From: Bacillota bacterium
Lineage (GTDB): Bacteria > Bacillota > Bacilli > ZCTH02-B2
Assembly: GCA_017577895.2 (NCBI GenBank)
Contig: PKQY02000004.1
Coordinates: 4,834 to 68,833 of the forward strand
Length of the DNA: 64,000 nt
Direction of reading: 5' to 3'
The notes beneath the pieces are model-generated. The model ran no database searches. It saw only the letters and a program-made list of their open reading frames with translations, and had not been told where the DNA came from. This document shows, one piece after another, positions 43,635 to 53,785 of the stretch. Within the stretch, counting starts at the first letter, position 1; every line of letters begins with the position of its first letter. The position numbers and the translations under genes are program-made.

Positions 43635-44876
43635 TCAAATGAATTCACTGAACCAATTTTTGACTTTTTCAAAAGGCGATGCTTTGCGCACATTCTTTTT
43701 CTTTCCTGCTGGTTTGCTCTTCCCTTCAGACGGCATCGCCGTCGTTCGGGTCAACCGTTTCGCCATGTACAAGATCATGCCGGCTCCATTGACGTAAGCC
43801 GGATCCCGCAAACCGACAAACTCCGGTTGGGCAATGCGCACGGGATGTCCTAATACGGCTTCCGCCATTTCCCGCATCCCGGGAAGCGACACCGCTCCGC
43901 CGATCAACACGTAACCGCCGGCCGGTTCTTTGTCGATGAGCTGTTCCACTTCTTGCCGAATGAGATAAAAGATTTCTTCGACCCGCGGTTCAATAATTTC
44001 GGCCAAATCCACTTGATTGTACACGGCTTCGTTTTGACTTCCGATGCGCGGCACTTGAAACGTCTCCTCTTCACTGGCCGCAGCGATGAGGGCATGCCCA
44101 TGGGTCAACTTGAGCCGTTCCGCTACATCCGTCTGCGTCCGCAAACCGATGGCGATGTCATTCGTTATGTAGTCGCCGCCGATGGGCAACACGGTCGTTT
44201 TCGACAGCGTGCCGTTTTCAAACAGGGCAATGTCGGTGGAACCGGCCCCCAAGTCGATCAAGACGACGCCCAATTTTTTTTCATCGGCGGAAAGCGCCAC
44301 CTCCGCCGCCGCCAACGGCATCAACACGTAGCCGGCGATGTGCAGGCCCGCCCGTTCAATGCAGCGATGAAGGTTATGTAACCACGTTTTCGATCCGGTG
44401 ATGATGGTCGTTTCAACTTCCAAGCGGACTCCGATCATACCTCTCGGATCCCGAATCCCCCGCAGGCCGTCGACGATGAATTCCCGCGGGACAATGTCGA
44501 TCACTTCCCGATCCGGCGGCAACGCAATCACGCGGGAAGCTTGCAGCACCCGTTCCATATCCATGTCGGTAATTTCCCGGTCTTCATTGGAAACGGCGAC
44601 GACCCCGTGGCCCGGCAACAATTCAATATGGTTGCCAGATATGCCGACCACGACTTCATGAATGCGCAAATCGACCATTTGTTCCGCTTGGGCCACCGCT
44701 TGTTTGATGGATTCCACCGTCAAGTCGATGTCGACAATGGCGCCTTTTTTGATGCCGAGCGAAGGCGCCGAACCAACACCGATCACTTGGACTGTATTTG
44801 AATGGTATTCCCCGATGATTATCCGAACTTTGGACGTACCGATATCGAGCGCGATGAGATAATCTAAGTTGCTCAA
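43635..44876 (-). CDS. ftsA: Cell division protein FtsA
   Basis: [25 protein letters not shown]-terminal amphipathic [10 protein letters not shown]; TTG after SD GGAGGTG. Confidence 0.96.
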   Translation of the reverse strand: MSNLDYLIALDIGTSKVRIIIGEYHSNTVQVIGVGSAPSLGIKKGAIVDIDLTVESIKQAVAQAEQMVDLRIHEVVVGISGNHIELLPGHGVVAVSNEDREITDMDMERVLQASRVIALPPDREVIDIVPREFIVDGLRGIRDPRGMIGVRLEVETTIITGSKTWLHNLHRCIERAGLHIAGYVLMPLAAAEVALSADEKKLGVVLIDLGAGSTDIALFENGTLSKTTVLPIGGDYITNDIAIGLRTQTDVAERLKLTHGHALIAAASEEETFQVPRIGSQNEAVYNQVDLAEIIEPRVEEIFYLIRQEVEQLIDKEPAGGYVLIGGAVSLPGMREMAEAVLGHPVRIAQPEFVGLRDPAYVNGAGMILYMAKRLTRTTAMPSEGKSKPAGKKKNVRKASPFEKVKNWFSEFI

Positions 44877-44944
44877 ACAGGGCACCTCCCTAAATATCAA
44901 CCAGCCGCCGCTATTCGGTAGCAATAAAACTCCTTCCAAGTGAA

Positions 44945-44972
44945 ATTCAACATCTGCCCGCGAAATTCCTTT
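44945..44972 (-). promoter_or_regulatory. SigH-type promoter of ftsAZ
   Basis: AAAGGAATT-N12-GTTGAAT, equivalent to B. subtilis ftsAp2. Confidence 0.7.
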
Positions 44973-44988
44973 TTTTCTGCTCTAATTT

Positions 44989-45363
44989 TTAGGCCATTTT
45001 TTTCCGTTCCCCTTCTTGCGGCCGTCGGTCCGCCCAGCGATTCAGCAAAATTCGCCGAATGGTGGCCAAATTGTTAAAAAGACGGGTGCCGAAAACGATC
45101 ACCGCAGCCAAATACAAGTCGACACCGATCCGTTCGCCTAAAAACGCCAGACCGGCCGCCAGCAGCGTGTTGAAAAAAAAGCCGCTGCTGAACACCCGCA
45201 CGTCAAACGTCCCTTCCAAATTGGCCCGCATGCCGCCGAAGACCGTGTCTAAAGCGGCCAACAACGCCACCGCCAAGTACTGGCTCCAGCCGGCCGGCAC
45301 TTGAATGTCCGTCAACAAGCCGAGCAGGATGCCCACCACCAGTCCGACCAAAGGCAACCACAT
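44989..45363 (-). CDS. sbp: Small basic protein Sbp (DUF1290)
   Basis: LAALDTVFGGMRA, GFFFNTLLAAGLAFLG, RLFNNLATIRR; ylxX-sbp-ftsA synteny. Confidence 0.92.
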   Translation of the reverse strand: MWLPLVGLVVGILLGLLTDIQVPAGWSQYLAVALLAALDTVFGGMRANLEGTFDVRVFSSGFFFNTLLAAGLAFLGERIGVDLYLAAVIVFGTRLFNNLATIRRILLNRWADRRPQEGERKKMA

Positions 45364-45367
45364 GACA

Positions 45368-46108
45368 TCAATCACTCTCTTTCAACCGTTGCATATGTTG
45401 TATTTGCATGATTTCCCGGGCTTGCGGAACCGTCACGGCATCTTTTTTTTCAGGCGTAATTTCCAAACCAATTTCGCGAAAAACTTTTGGAATGTCGGAC
45501 ACTTGCAGTGCTGCCAGCAACATGTCCGCATCGCCGATGACGCGCACTTCAAAAGGCAAGGCAATCGGGTGGGTGTTCACTTGTATCGTGTTGGACACTT
45601 TCCGAATCGTGGAATTGACCATCAACCGGTGATTGTTGATGGAAATGGCTTTGGCCCCGTTGCCAAACAATTCATCCACCAACGCGCGCATATCGTTGTC
45701 CAGCAATTTTTGATACACTTTTTGCCGGGCTTCGTACGCGTTGTATTCCAACTGGTATTGGGGCACGTCAATGCGCAAAATCAACCCCGGTCCTTCCATG
45801 GTCGTCAGGCCAGCTTGCCGACGGGCTTCTTCCAACTCCCGGTACATGACGTCACTGATTTGGTCTTCGTCGTCGCTGGCCCGTTCATATTGATTTTTCA
45901 ACATTTGATACTTGAAAATTTCATTGCGTAATTCTTGGTGTTTCAGCCGTTCTTCTTGAATTTGATTGCGCAAACCGAGAATCATGTCCCGGCTTTCCCC
46001 GTACCCGGGCTCCGCATGGCTTTGGAATTGGATGGCCAACATCATGCCGGCGATGACCGTAATGCCAAAAATGAGCAAATTGCCCAGCCACTGTTTTTGT
46101 TTCATCAT
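45368..46108 (-). CDS. ylxX: DUF881 family division-associated protein YlxX
   Basis: N-terminal TM helix, coiled coil, AGLT...GPG, GAKAISINNHR; synteny. Confidence 0.85.
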   Translation of the reverse strand: MMKQKQWLGNLLIFGITVIAGMMLAIQFQSHAEPGYGESRDMILGLRNQIQEERLKHQELRNEIFKYQMLKNQYERASDDEDQISDVMYRELEEARRQAGLTTMEGPGLILRIDVPQYQLEYNAYEARQKVYQKLLDNDMRALVDELFGNGAKAISINNHRLMVNSTIRKVSNTIQVNTHPIALPFEVRVIGDADMLLAALQVSDIPKVFREIGLEITPEKKDAVTVPQAREIMQIQHMQRLKESD

Positions 46109-46124
46109 GGAAGTCAGACTCCTT

Positions 46125-46955
46125 TTAGCCCGATTCTGAAGTCTGTCGCCTCGGTTCGTCGCTGGACTCGCTGGCTTTTTCCAACAAATTGGGCGTCACC
46201 CGTTCTTCGTTGATCATCGCGGCAAGCTGCAAGTTGTCGGCCTTTTTCACGCTGACTTCCAATTGCCAGTCCCGCAGCACGTCGAGAATGCCTCCCGGCA
46301 AATTCATGGCCGTCTCCAGCACATCAGCCGGGCCAATGGCTTCAATCTTGAACGGTGGCGCCATTTGTTTTCCGTTCACATAAATGACAGGACCGATACA
46401 GCGCAAAGACGAGACAGGACCCAACCGCTGGCCGTTGATGGCGATGGCTTCAGCCCCGGCTAAAAACAGATCGTTGACGACGGCCCGCAAATCCTCTACG
46501 TGGACCAAATAATTGTCTTTTTCCTCCGGCGGAACTGTCTTTGCCAACGGACTGTCATTCAGAACGATGACCAGTCCGGGACCGGTGACGGGCACCATCG
46601 CCGCCATCATCCGCGTCTTTTCCAATTCCTCGTATAACATCTCAATGGTCCCTTTGTGGGCGGTCAAGCTCTCTTCCATCTGTGCCGTTTCTGCCTGCAA
46701 CAAGGCAAGTTGTTCTTCCAACTTTTGGTTTTCTTCCCGAATGCGCAATAACTCCTCCTGCAATTGCAACTCGGTCTCTACATCATACCGGTATTCGGTC
46801 CCGACATTCTGTTGTTTGCCCGACAGCGACACTTGATTGTATTGAAACGCCATAAGTGCGCCCAGCAACATAAAAATGAACGTCAGCAATACTTGGCCTT
46901 TTTTAAGGCGAATCATTTTGGGGTGCAGTCCCTTCTCCTTCTTCGGCACTTCCAT
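46125..46955 (-). CDS. ylxW: DUF881 family division-associated protein YlxW
   Basis: TM helix, coiled coil, VTGPGLVIVLND, VVNDLFLAGAEAIAINGQR, PFKIEAIG; start 46955 or 46916. Confidence 0.85.
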   Translation of the reverse strand: MEVPKKEKGLHPKMIRLKKGQVLLTFIFMLLGALMAFQYNQVSLSGKQQNVGTEYRYDVETELQLQEELLRIREENQKLEEQLALLQAETAQMEESLTAHKGTIEMLYEELEKTRMMAAMVPVTGPGLVIVLNDSPLAKTVPPEEKDNYLVHVEDLRAVVNDLFLAGAEAIAINGQRLGPVSSLRCIGPVIYVNGKQMAPPFKIEAIGPADVLETAMNLPGGILDVLRDWQLEVSVKKADNLQLAAMINEERVTPNLLEKASESSDEPRRQTSESG

Positions 46956-47697
46956 CCTCCGTCCCTTCCTCCTCGGCGATTTGGTACCAAACCGCTTCGT
47001 CCAGATACAACACACCGCCTTCCAATTGTTGTGAACGAAGGTAATTGGTAATTTGAGGATAAAGCGAAAGCTTATCAGACAACTCGATCAAGGTCGTGTA
47101 AATGGTCAACCCGCCCCGCATGTGCAGCACGATGCGTTCCGGATCTTGTTCGCTCTGTTCAATGGATTGGATTTGGGTCAAAAGGGAAGGGGACAGCTTT
47201 TTCAGTTCGGCAATGAGCTGAGGCAGGCGTTCGACGTCGTCCCAACGGCGTATGAAGGGCTTGTCTCGGTAGTCTTCCTGCCATGTCCGATGCTCAAGCA
47301 CAGCACCGTTTTCGAGAATGATCAAGGGACCGTTATTCGTTTCCCAATTGGCGATCCGCTTCCATTCTTGTATCGTAATATGTACGGTATTGGGAAATTG
47401 ATAAGTCAAATCCACCTGGGCAATTTCCGGCAACGTGAGCAATCGTTTTTTGATCGGCTCTTCCCTGAGCAGTTGGAAGACCGATTGCATGTAAAGCCCA
47501 CTGGCGGCAATGACCTCGTCTTCGGTCAACAATTGTAGTCCCGTCACTTCGATTTGTTGAATGCGGCTGATGGGGGATTGCAAGTATAAGAGACAACCTA
47601 AAAGAATAAAAAAAAGAATAAGTCCGCTGAGCATCCAACGGTTGGTTTTCTGCCGGGGTTTTTTTCGCCGATAGGGCACCAATGGTTGCATGGACAT
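46903..47697 (-). CDS. divIB: Cell division protein DivIB/FtsQ
   Basis: Basic cytoplasmic tail, TM helix, YLQSPISRIQQIEVTG POTRA domain, FPNTVHITIQE. Confidence 0.9.
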   Translation of the reverse strand: MSMQPLVPYRRKKPRQKTNRWMLSGLILFFILLGCLLYLQSPISRIQQIEVTGLQLLTEDEVIAASGLYMQSVFQLLREEPIKKRLLTLPEIAQVDLTYQFPNTVHITIQEWKRIANWETNNGPLIILENGAVLEHRTWQEDYRDKPFIRRWDDVERLPQLIAELKKLSPSLLTQIQSIEQSEQDPERIVLHMRGGLTIYTTLIELSDKLSLYPQITNYLRSQQLEGGVLYLDEAVWYQIAEEEGTEDGSAEEGEGTAPQNDSP

Positions 47698-47739
47698 CAC
47701 TCATTTGGTCGTCGTTTACAACCCAAACGTCGAACAATA

Positions 47740-47785
47740 AACGAAAGAAGCGATGTATAACTGTACTTCAATTATACACCGCTCC
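47740..47785 (-). terminator. Long hairpin/terminator after murA
   Basis: GGAGCGGTGTATAAT...GTTATACATCGCTTC (about 15 bp with G-U pairs) followed by TTTCGTTT. Confidence 0.65.
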
Positions 47786-47792
47786 TTTTCTC

Positions 47793-49049
47793 TCATTCTA
47801 CCGTTTTTCGCGAAATAATGGCTCCCAACTGCCGCAAGGAGTGTTCCAAATTTTCATAACCCCGATCGATGTGATGGATCTGTTGCACCCGGGTCTGGCC
47901 TTCGGCCACCAAGCCGGCCAAGACCAGCGCCGCACCGGCCCGCAAATCGGAAGCTTCCACCACGGCTCCTGTCAGTCGTTCGACACCGCGGATAAACGCC
48001 GTATTCAAATCAACGTAGATGGATGCCCCCATCCGATTCAATTCGTTGACATGGCGGAAGCGAGCATCAAACACCGTCTCTTTCACGATGCTGACCCCTT
48101 CGGCGATGCTCAAGAAAGCCATCATCTGCGCTTGCAAGTCGGTCGGAAAACCGGGGTACGGGGACGTCGTCACTTTTTTTATCGCCTTCGGCCGTCCGGT
48201 TCCTTTGACATAGATGGTGTTTTCGCCTTCTTCAACAATACACCCGGCCTGTTGCAATAACTCCATCAAGATGCGCACATGGTCGGGAATGACGTTTTCC
48301 AGCCACACTTCTCCATTGGTCATGGCGCCCGCCAGCATCATGGTGCCGGTCACGATGCGGTCGGGGATGACTTTGTACGATGTGGGGTGCAGTTTCGACA
48401 CCCCTTGAATGACGATGGTATCGGTGCCGCTGCCTTTGATTTTGGCCCCCATGGCGTTAAGAAAACGCGCCAAATCCACGATTTCCGGCTCTTTGGCCGC
48501 GTGGTGGATCACCGTTTCGCCGACAGCCAGCGTCGCCGCCATCATCAAGTTCTCCGTCGCGCCGACACTCGGATAATCGAGATAGATGGTCGTTCCGTAC
48601 AACCGCGGCGCTCGGCAGATCAGGCGGCCATTTTGCTGAATAATTTCCGCTCCCATCCGTTCCAAGCCATCCAAATGCAAGTCGATGCGCCGCTCCCCAA
48701 TGGCGCAGCCACCGGGCCGGGAAACGGTGACTTCACCGAACCGGGCCAACAAGGGACCCATCAAAAAGATGGAGGAACGCATTTGACTCATCAACGACTC
48801 CGGCACGACGGAGGAAGAAAGGGTGCTCGTATCCAAGACGACGTCTTTGTCATGTCGGAGTTTTCGGATGCCTAACGCCTCTAAAATTTGCAACATCGTG
48901 TTCACGTCGCTCAATTGCGGGAAATCAAACAACTCAAAACGGCCGTCGGCCAACACCGTCGCCGCCAAGATGGGCAATGCCGAATTTTTCGCGCCATGAA
49001 CGCGGAGTGAACCGCTCAGTGGTCTTCCCCCTTGTATGACAAACTCCAA
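47793..49049 (-). CDS. murA: UDP-N-acetylglucosamine 1-carboxyvinyltransferase
   Basis: GAKNSALP, MRSS, PGGCAIG (catalytic Cys present), SVGATEN, PGFPTD, DLRAGAAL, IDRGYE; TTG start. Confidence 0.96.
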   Translation of the reverse strand: MEFVIQGGRPLSGSLRVHGAKNSALPILAATVLADGRFELFDFPQLSDVNTMLQILEALGIRKLRHDKDVVLDTSTLSSSVVPESLMSQMRSSIFLMGPLLARFGEVTVSRPGGCAIGERRIDLHLDGLERMGAEIIQQNGRLICRAPRLYGTTIYLDYPSVGATENLMMAATLAVGETVIHHAAKEPEIVDLARFLNAMGAKIKGSGTDTIVIQGVSKLHPTSYKVIPDRIVTGTMMLAGAMTNGEVWLENVIPDHVRILMELLQQAGCIVEEGENTIYVKGTGRPKAIKKVTTSPYPGFPTDLQAQMMAFLSIAEGVSIVKETVFDARFRHVNELNRMGASIYVDLNTAFIRGVERLTGAVVEASDLRAGAALVLAGLVAEGQTRVQQIHHIDRGYENLEHSLRQLGAIISRKTVE

Positions 49050-49066
49050 CGTCTCACCCCCGCATG

Positions 49067-49966
49067 TCAGTCCTCGCCCGCGATCCGCACTTCCGCATGC
49101 AACTGAACCCCGTACTTTTCGTAAACGACTTGTTGACAATAGGCCATTAACGTCAAGATGTCCTTGGCCGTCGCATGCCCGAGATTGACGATAAAATTGG
49201 CATGCATTTGGGAAATTTGCGCTCCGCCCACCGTCATCCCTTTCAAACCGGCGGCTTCAATGAGTCGGGCCGCGTAATCCCCCGGCGGATTGCGAAACAC
49301 GCTGCCGGCGCATGGCATGTTCAACGGTTGGGTTTGGAGCCTTTTCAATCGATATTGCCGCATTTTCTCCGCAATCTCGGCGCGATCGGCCGGGTGTAGG
49401 CGAAAGACGGCTTCCGTCACAATCCCGGGTTCTTGCTGCAAGCGGGATGTGCGATAAGCAAAGCCCATCTCTTCCTTTCTCATGCGGACCGGACCTTTTT
49501 CCGTCAGCACGGTCACTGTCTCCAACACTTGCGACACGTCGGAACCGTGGGCTCCTGCGTTCATATACACCGCGCCACCGACACTGCCGGGAATGCCTCC
49601 CGCAAATTCGAGGCCGCCCAACCCTTGTTGGGCCGCCAACACCGCAGCGCGAACGAAGGAGCAACCGGCCTCCACGATCAACAAATTGCCTTCGAAGCGG
49701 ACCTTGTTCAATCGTTCCAATGACAAGACCACGCCGCGAAACCCGCCGTCCCGCACAAGCAAATTGGAACCCCGGCCGATGACGAGCCACGGAACGGCCG
49801 CCTCGTAAATATGCTGCATGGCCAATTGCAGTTTTTCTTGATCGTCCGGAACGACGAAAAGATCCGCTGGCCCACCGACTTTCCACGTGGTATGGTTGGC
49901 CAAAGGTTCCTTTTCCGTCACTTGTCCGATCATCAAGCTTTTCAACCGGTTCGCCAATTCACGCAT
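49067..49966 (-). CDS. murB: UDP-N-acetylmuramate dehydrogenase
   Basis: TTWKVGGPA, GRGSNLL, GIPGSVGGAVYMNAGA, AGSVFRNP, HANFIVN. Confidence 0.97.
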   Translation of the reverse strand: MRELANRLKSLMIGQVTEKEPLANHTTWKVGGPADLFVVPDDQEKLQLAMQHIYEAAVPWLVIGRGSNLLVRDGGFRGVVLSLERLNKVRFEGNLLIVEAGCSFVRAAVLAAQQGLGGLEFAGGIPGSVGGAVYMNAGAHGSDVSQVLETVTVLTEKGPVRMRKEEMGFAYRTSRLQQEPGIVTEAVFRLHPADRAEIAEKMRQYRLKRLQTQPLNMPCAGSVFRNPPGDYAARLIEAAGLKGMTVGGAQISQMHANFIVNLGHATAKDILTLMAYCQQVVYEKYGVQLHAEVRIAGED

Positions 49967-50046
49967 CCTACGCCAACCTCCTGCCGGTGGTAGTTCAAAA
50001 CAGACGTGGACGGTCGACCGACGTGGGAGAGGGAACGTGCTGACTT

Positions 50047-50074
50047 ATCGTATGCAAATGGGGCAGACGGTGAC
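50047..50074 (-). promoter_or_regulatory. Putative mother-cell (SigE/SigK-type) promoter upstream of murB
   Basis: GTCA-N16-CATACGAT in the 114-nt murG-murB gap; the -10 is near consensus, the -35 is ambiguous. Confidence 0.45.
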
Positions 50075-50080
50075 ACCTGC

Positions 50081-51193
50081 CTAACGCCGGGCCAATTCGG
50101 CCAACGCCCGACAAAGCTGTGGGCAGGCATCCGGCCGACCAAGACCTCGGGAAGCCTGTGCCATGGCACTCAACCGTTGCGGCTGCTCCAACAACTGTTT
50201 CATCTCGGCAAAAAGCCGCTCTCCGGTCAACTCCCGTTCCCGAATCATGACCGCCGCTCCCGCTTCGGTCAACCACGCTGCATTTTTTTCCTGATGGTTG
50301 TTCGTCACATACGGGGACGGAATGAGAATGGCCGGCCGCCCCAGCGCCGTCAATTCGGACAAGATGGTCGCACCCGCACGGCTGATGACCAGCGTCGAGG
50401 CAGCCAGCATTTCCGGCATCTCGTCGAGAAACGGAAAAATGGTCAACTGCCGACGGACCTCCGGGTGACAAGCCAGCTGTTCTTCCGCCAGACGGGAGAT
50501 GCGTTCATAGTGCACTTTCCCCGACACGTAGACGAAATGCGTATCGGGGATGGCAGACAAACGGGGGATGATGGACAAAAAGGCGTCGTTGATGGCTTCC
50601 GCTCCCCGACTGCCGCCGACGATCAAGACGAGTTTGCCTCCCGAAGGTTTAGACAGCAGCGCCCACGCTTTTTGCGGATCCGCCCGGACCACTTCCGAAG
50701 CCCGCGGATTGCCGAACAGCCGCGTTTTCCGGGCCGGAAAATGCCGCTCCGTTCCGGGAAAACTGACGGCAATGAGCGACGCATAACGGGACAAAAACCG
50801 GTTGGTCAGCCCCGGGATGACGTTTTGTTCGTGGATGGCCACCGGAATGTTCAATTGATGGGCCGCTACCAACACGGGCCCGGCCACATATCCCCCGGTT
50901 CCGAGCACCACATCGGGGCGAAATTCCCGCAACAGCCCTTTGGCCACCCGAACGCCGCGAAAAAAAAGCCGCACCGTTTGCAAATTGTCCAAACTGAAGG
51001 ACCGTTTGAAGCCTTTTATCTCGATGGTGGCAAAAGAAAATCCCGCTTTGGGGACGATCTCGTTTTCCAGTCCCCGCCGCGTGCCAATGTACATCACTTC
51101 GTTTTCCGGGGACATCCGCAACCATTCACGGCCCACCGCCAAAGCCGGATAAATGTGGCCGCCGGTGCCTCCGCCGGACAACAACAGCTTCAT
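50081..51193 (-). CDS. murG: Lipid I GlcNAc transferase
   Basis: GGGTGGHIYP, GGYV, HEQN, GGSRGA, RAGA, HQEKNA. Confidence 0.97.
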   Translation of the reverse strand: MKLLLSGGGTGGHIYPALAVGREWLRMSPENEVMYIGTRRGLENEIVPKAGFSFATIEIKGFKRSFSLDNLQTVRLFFRGVRVAKGLLREFRPDVVLGTGGYVAGPVLVAAHQLNIPVAIHEQNVIPGLTNRFLSRYASLIAVSFPGTERHFPARKTRLFGNPRASEVVRADPQKAWALLSKPSGGKLVLIVGGSRGAEAINDAFLSIIPRLSAIPDTHFVYVSGKVHYERISRLAEEQLACHPEVRRQLTIFPFLDEMPEMLAASTLVISRAGATILSELTALGRPAILIPSPYVTNNHQEKNAAWLTEAGAAVMIRERELTGERLFAEMKQLLEQPQRLSAMAQASRGLGRPDACPQLCRALAELARR

Positions 51194-51251
51194 CACCAAC
51201 CCGCCTTCCTCTCTCACGTCACCGCAAATTCACGCCCGTTCAAACTTTGGA

Positions 51252-52361
51252 TTATAGGCGGACGGGAAACGGCTGGGCATGCCGAGAAATGTTTAACAAC
51301 AAGCCAACGGCCGTCAACACGATGGTCAATGACGAACCGCCATAACTCAAAAACGGCAGCGTGATACCGGTGACTGGCAACAAGCCAGTCACCACGCCGA
51401 TGTTGATCACGACCTGGATCATGATCATGGCGATGATCCCGATGGCCACCAAACTGCCGTAAAAGTCCGGGGCATACATGGCCACCCGAACGCCGCGCCA
51501 GGCCATCACGGCAAACAACACCAATACAAAACCGGCGCCCAAGAAGCCCAATTCCTCCGCCAAAATCGAAAAAATAAAATCGGTCTGCGGTTCCGGCAAA
51601 TAACCGAACTTTTGGATGCTTTTTCCCAAACCGAGCCCCATCAGTCCGCCGGGGCCGATGGCGTACAGCGATTGGATCAATTGATAACCGGCTCCTTGGG
51701 GGTCTTGCCACGGATCCAGAAAGGCGATAATCCGTTGCATCCGGTACGGCGCCGCTGCAATCAAGGCGGCAAATGCCACGATGCCCAAGATCGCCAACCC
51801 GCCTAAATGGAGCATGCGGCTTCCCGCGGCAAACAGCATGACCACCGTCGTCGCCATCAACACCGTACCGGTGCCCAAATCCGGCTGCATCATGATCAGC
51901 GCAAAGGCCGAACCGGACAGGAACAAGGCGGGAACCATCCCCCGCCAAAAACTCGGGATGCGTTCCGGATGGTTGGCCATCATGTGCGCCAAGTAAAGGA
52001 TAATGGCCAGTTTGACGAATTCCGCCGGTTGGATGCTAAACGCACCGACGCCGAGCCAACTGCGGGCGCCGCCCCGCACGAGACCGACACCCGGTATTAA
52101 GACGATGACGAGCAGCAAAAAACAACCCAACAACAGCCAACCGGCCCATCGCCGCCATACCCAATAGTCGATGTTCATCAAGGTATACATGGAAACGAGA
52201 CCTAAGACGGCAAACAGCAGTTGCCGTTTCACGTAATAAAACGAATCGCCTTGCTGATATTCGGCCAATACGGCGCTGGAGCTGTACACCATGACGATGC
52301 CGATGGCCAACAGTCCCATGACGCTGACCATGAGCAAAAAATCCGGCGCTTTACGCCGCAT
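51252..52361 (-). CDS. spoVE: SEDS glycosyltransferase SpoVE
   Basis: VMVYSSS, GGARSW, QPAEFVK, QPDLGT, LPEPQTDFIF, GITLPFLSYGGSSL; between murD and murG. Confidence 0.93.
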   Translation of the reverse strand: MRRKAPDFLLMVSVMGLLAIGIVMVYSSSAVLAEYQQGDSFYYVKRQLLFAVLGLVSMYTLMNIDYWVWRRWAGWLLLGCFLLLVIVLIPGVGLVRGGARSWLGVGAFSIQPAEFVKLAIILYLAHMMANHPERIPSFWRGMVPALFLSGSAFALIMMQPDLGTGTVLMATTVVMLFAAGSRMLHLGGLAILGIVAFAALIAAAPYRMQRIIAFLDPWQDPQGAGYQLIQSLYAIGPGGLMGLGLGKSIQKFGYLPEPQTDFIFSILAEELGFLGAGFVLVLFAVMAWRGVRVAMYAPDFYGSLVAIGIIAMIMIQVVINIGVVTGLLPVTGITLPFLSYGGSSLTIVLTAVGLLLNISRHAQPFPVRL

Positions 52362-52408
52362 CCTTTCACCCCGCCTTGCCCCGGCGTGTCCACGATCATC
52401 CATACATA

Positions 52409-53785
52409 CTAGAGCTTATGCACCGCTTGTTTAAAGATATGACCCCGTTCCTCAAAGGAACGGTACAAGTCCCAACTGGCGCAAGCCGGTGAAAGCAAAA
52501 CCACTTCCCCCGCCGGTGTCAGCCGGTGCGCCAGGCGCACCGCTTCCTCCACATCTTCGACCGTAAAACATTGCTCTACTCCCGCTTGCCGGCACATGGA
52601 GACAATCTGCTCCCGCGTCTGGCCGTAGGCGATGACGCGGCGCACATGCTGACGCACCGTCGGAATCATGTCATCAAAAGAAATCCCCCGGTCTAAGCCG
52701 CCGGCGATCCACGTCACGCCTTCCGGAAACGAACGCAAAGCGGTCATGGCCGCCGTCGTATTGGTCGCCTTGGAATCGTTGTAATAGGCCACGCCCGCCA
52801 CTTCCCGCACGAATTCCAGCCGGTGTTCGACACCCATAAAGGATTGGGCCACCGCACGAATTGCCTCGCTCGGGATGCCGTAAATGAGGGCCGCCGCCGC
52901 GGCCGACAACAAATTGGCCAAATTGTGTTCACCTTTGATGGCCACATCCGCCCGGGAAAACAGCCTTTCCCGTGGACCTTCTTGCGGCTGCCAATAAATC
53001 TGATCCTCTTCCACATAGATACCGGCTGCCACCGGTCCCCGCAGACTGAACCAGTACACCCGGCTGGGCAGCTGCGGCGCGATGCGATGGCTGAGCTCCT
53101 GATCCGCATTCAGGACCGCCGCATCCGTCGCCTGTTGATTCGCAAACAACTTGCACTTGGCCGCCACATACGCATCCATCGTCTGATGATAATCCAAGTG
53201 GGCCGGATACACATTGGTCAGCACTGCCACCTTCGGGCGAAACTCCACCGTGCCCATGAGCTGAAAACTGCTCAGTTCCACCACCAACGTCTCATCCGGC
53301 CGCGAGTCAAAGGCCACTTCCGACATCACTTGGCCGATGTTGCCCACCACGTGCACTTTTTGCCCGGCTTGGCGCAATATCTCGCCGATCAGCGTGGTCG
53401 TCGTCGTCTTTCCGTTGGAACCGGTAATGCCAATGACGGGAGACGAGGTCCACTGCCAGCCCAACTCCACTTCGGTGACCACCGGAATGCCGAGGCGGCA
53501 GGCGTCCTGGACCGGTGCAATCGCATAGGGAATGCCCGGATTTTTCACCACCAAGTCCACATCCGGCGTGATCAATCCCGGCGGATGGCCGCCCCAGACA
53601 CACTGCACGCCCCATTCGGCCAGCAGCCGCTTCTCCTCGGCGGGAATTCGTTCTTCCGGCTTTTGATCGTTGACCGTCACATGGGCGCCCAAACGGCGCA
53701 ACAACTTGGCCGCCGCCAATCCGCTCTTGGCCAAACCGAGAACGACGACGTGTTTGTCCGCAAACCATGAACGGGGAAAACGCAT
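52409..53785 (-). CDS. murD: UDP-MurNAc-L-Ala:D-Glu ligase
   Basis: [50 protein letters not shown]. Confidence 0.97.
   Translation of the reverse strand: MRFPRSWFADKHVVVLGLAKSGLAAAKLLRRLGAHVTVNDQKPEERIPAEEKRLLAEWGVQCVWGGHPPGLITPDVDLVVKNPGIPYAIAPVQDACRLGIPVVTEVELGWQWTSSPVIGITGSNGKTTTTTLIGEILRQAGQKVHVVGNIGQVMSEVAFDSRPDETLVVELSSFQLMGTVEFRPKVAVLTNVYPAHLDYHQTMDAYVAAKCKLFANQQATDAAVLNADQELSHRIAPQLPSRVYWFSLRGPVAAGIYVEEDQIYWQPQEGPRERLFSRADVAIKGEHNLANLLSAAAAALIYGIPSEAIRAVAQSFMGVEHRLEFVREVAGVAYYNDSKATNTTAAMTALRSFPEGVTWIAGGLDRGISFDDMIPTVRQHVRRVIAYGQTREQIVSMCRQAGVEQCFTVEDVEEAVRLAHRLTPAGEVVLLSPACASWDLYRSFEERGHIFKQAVHKL
52413..52442 (-). promoter_or_regulatory. Putative SigE promoter for spoVE inside the murD 3' end
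   Basis: TCATATC-N15-CATAAGCT; spoVE is SigE-driven in B. subtilis. Confidence 0.55.
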
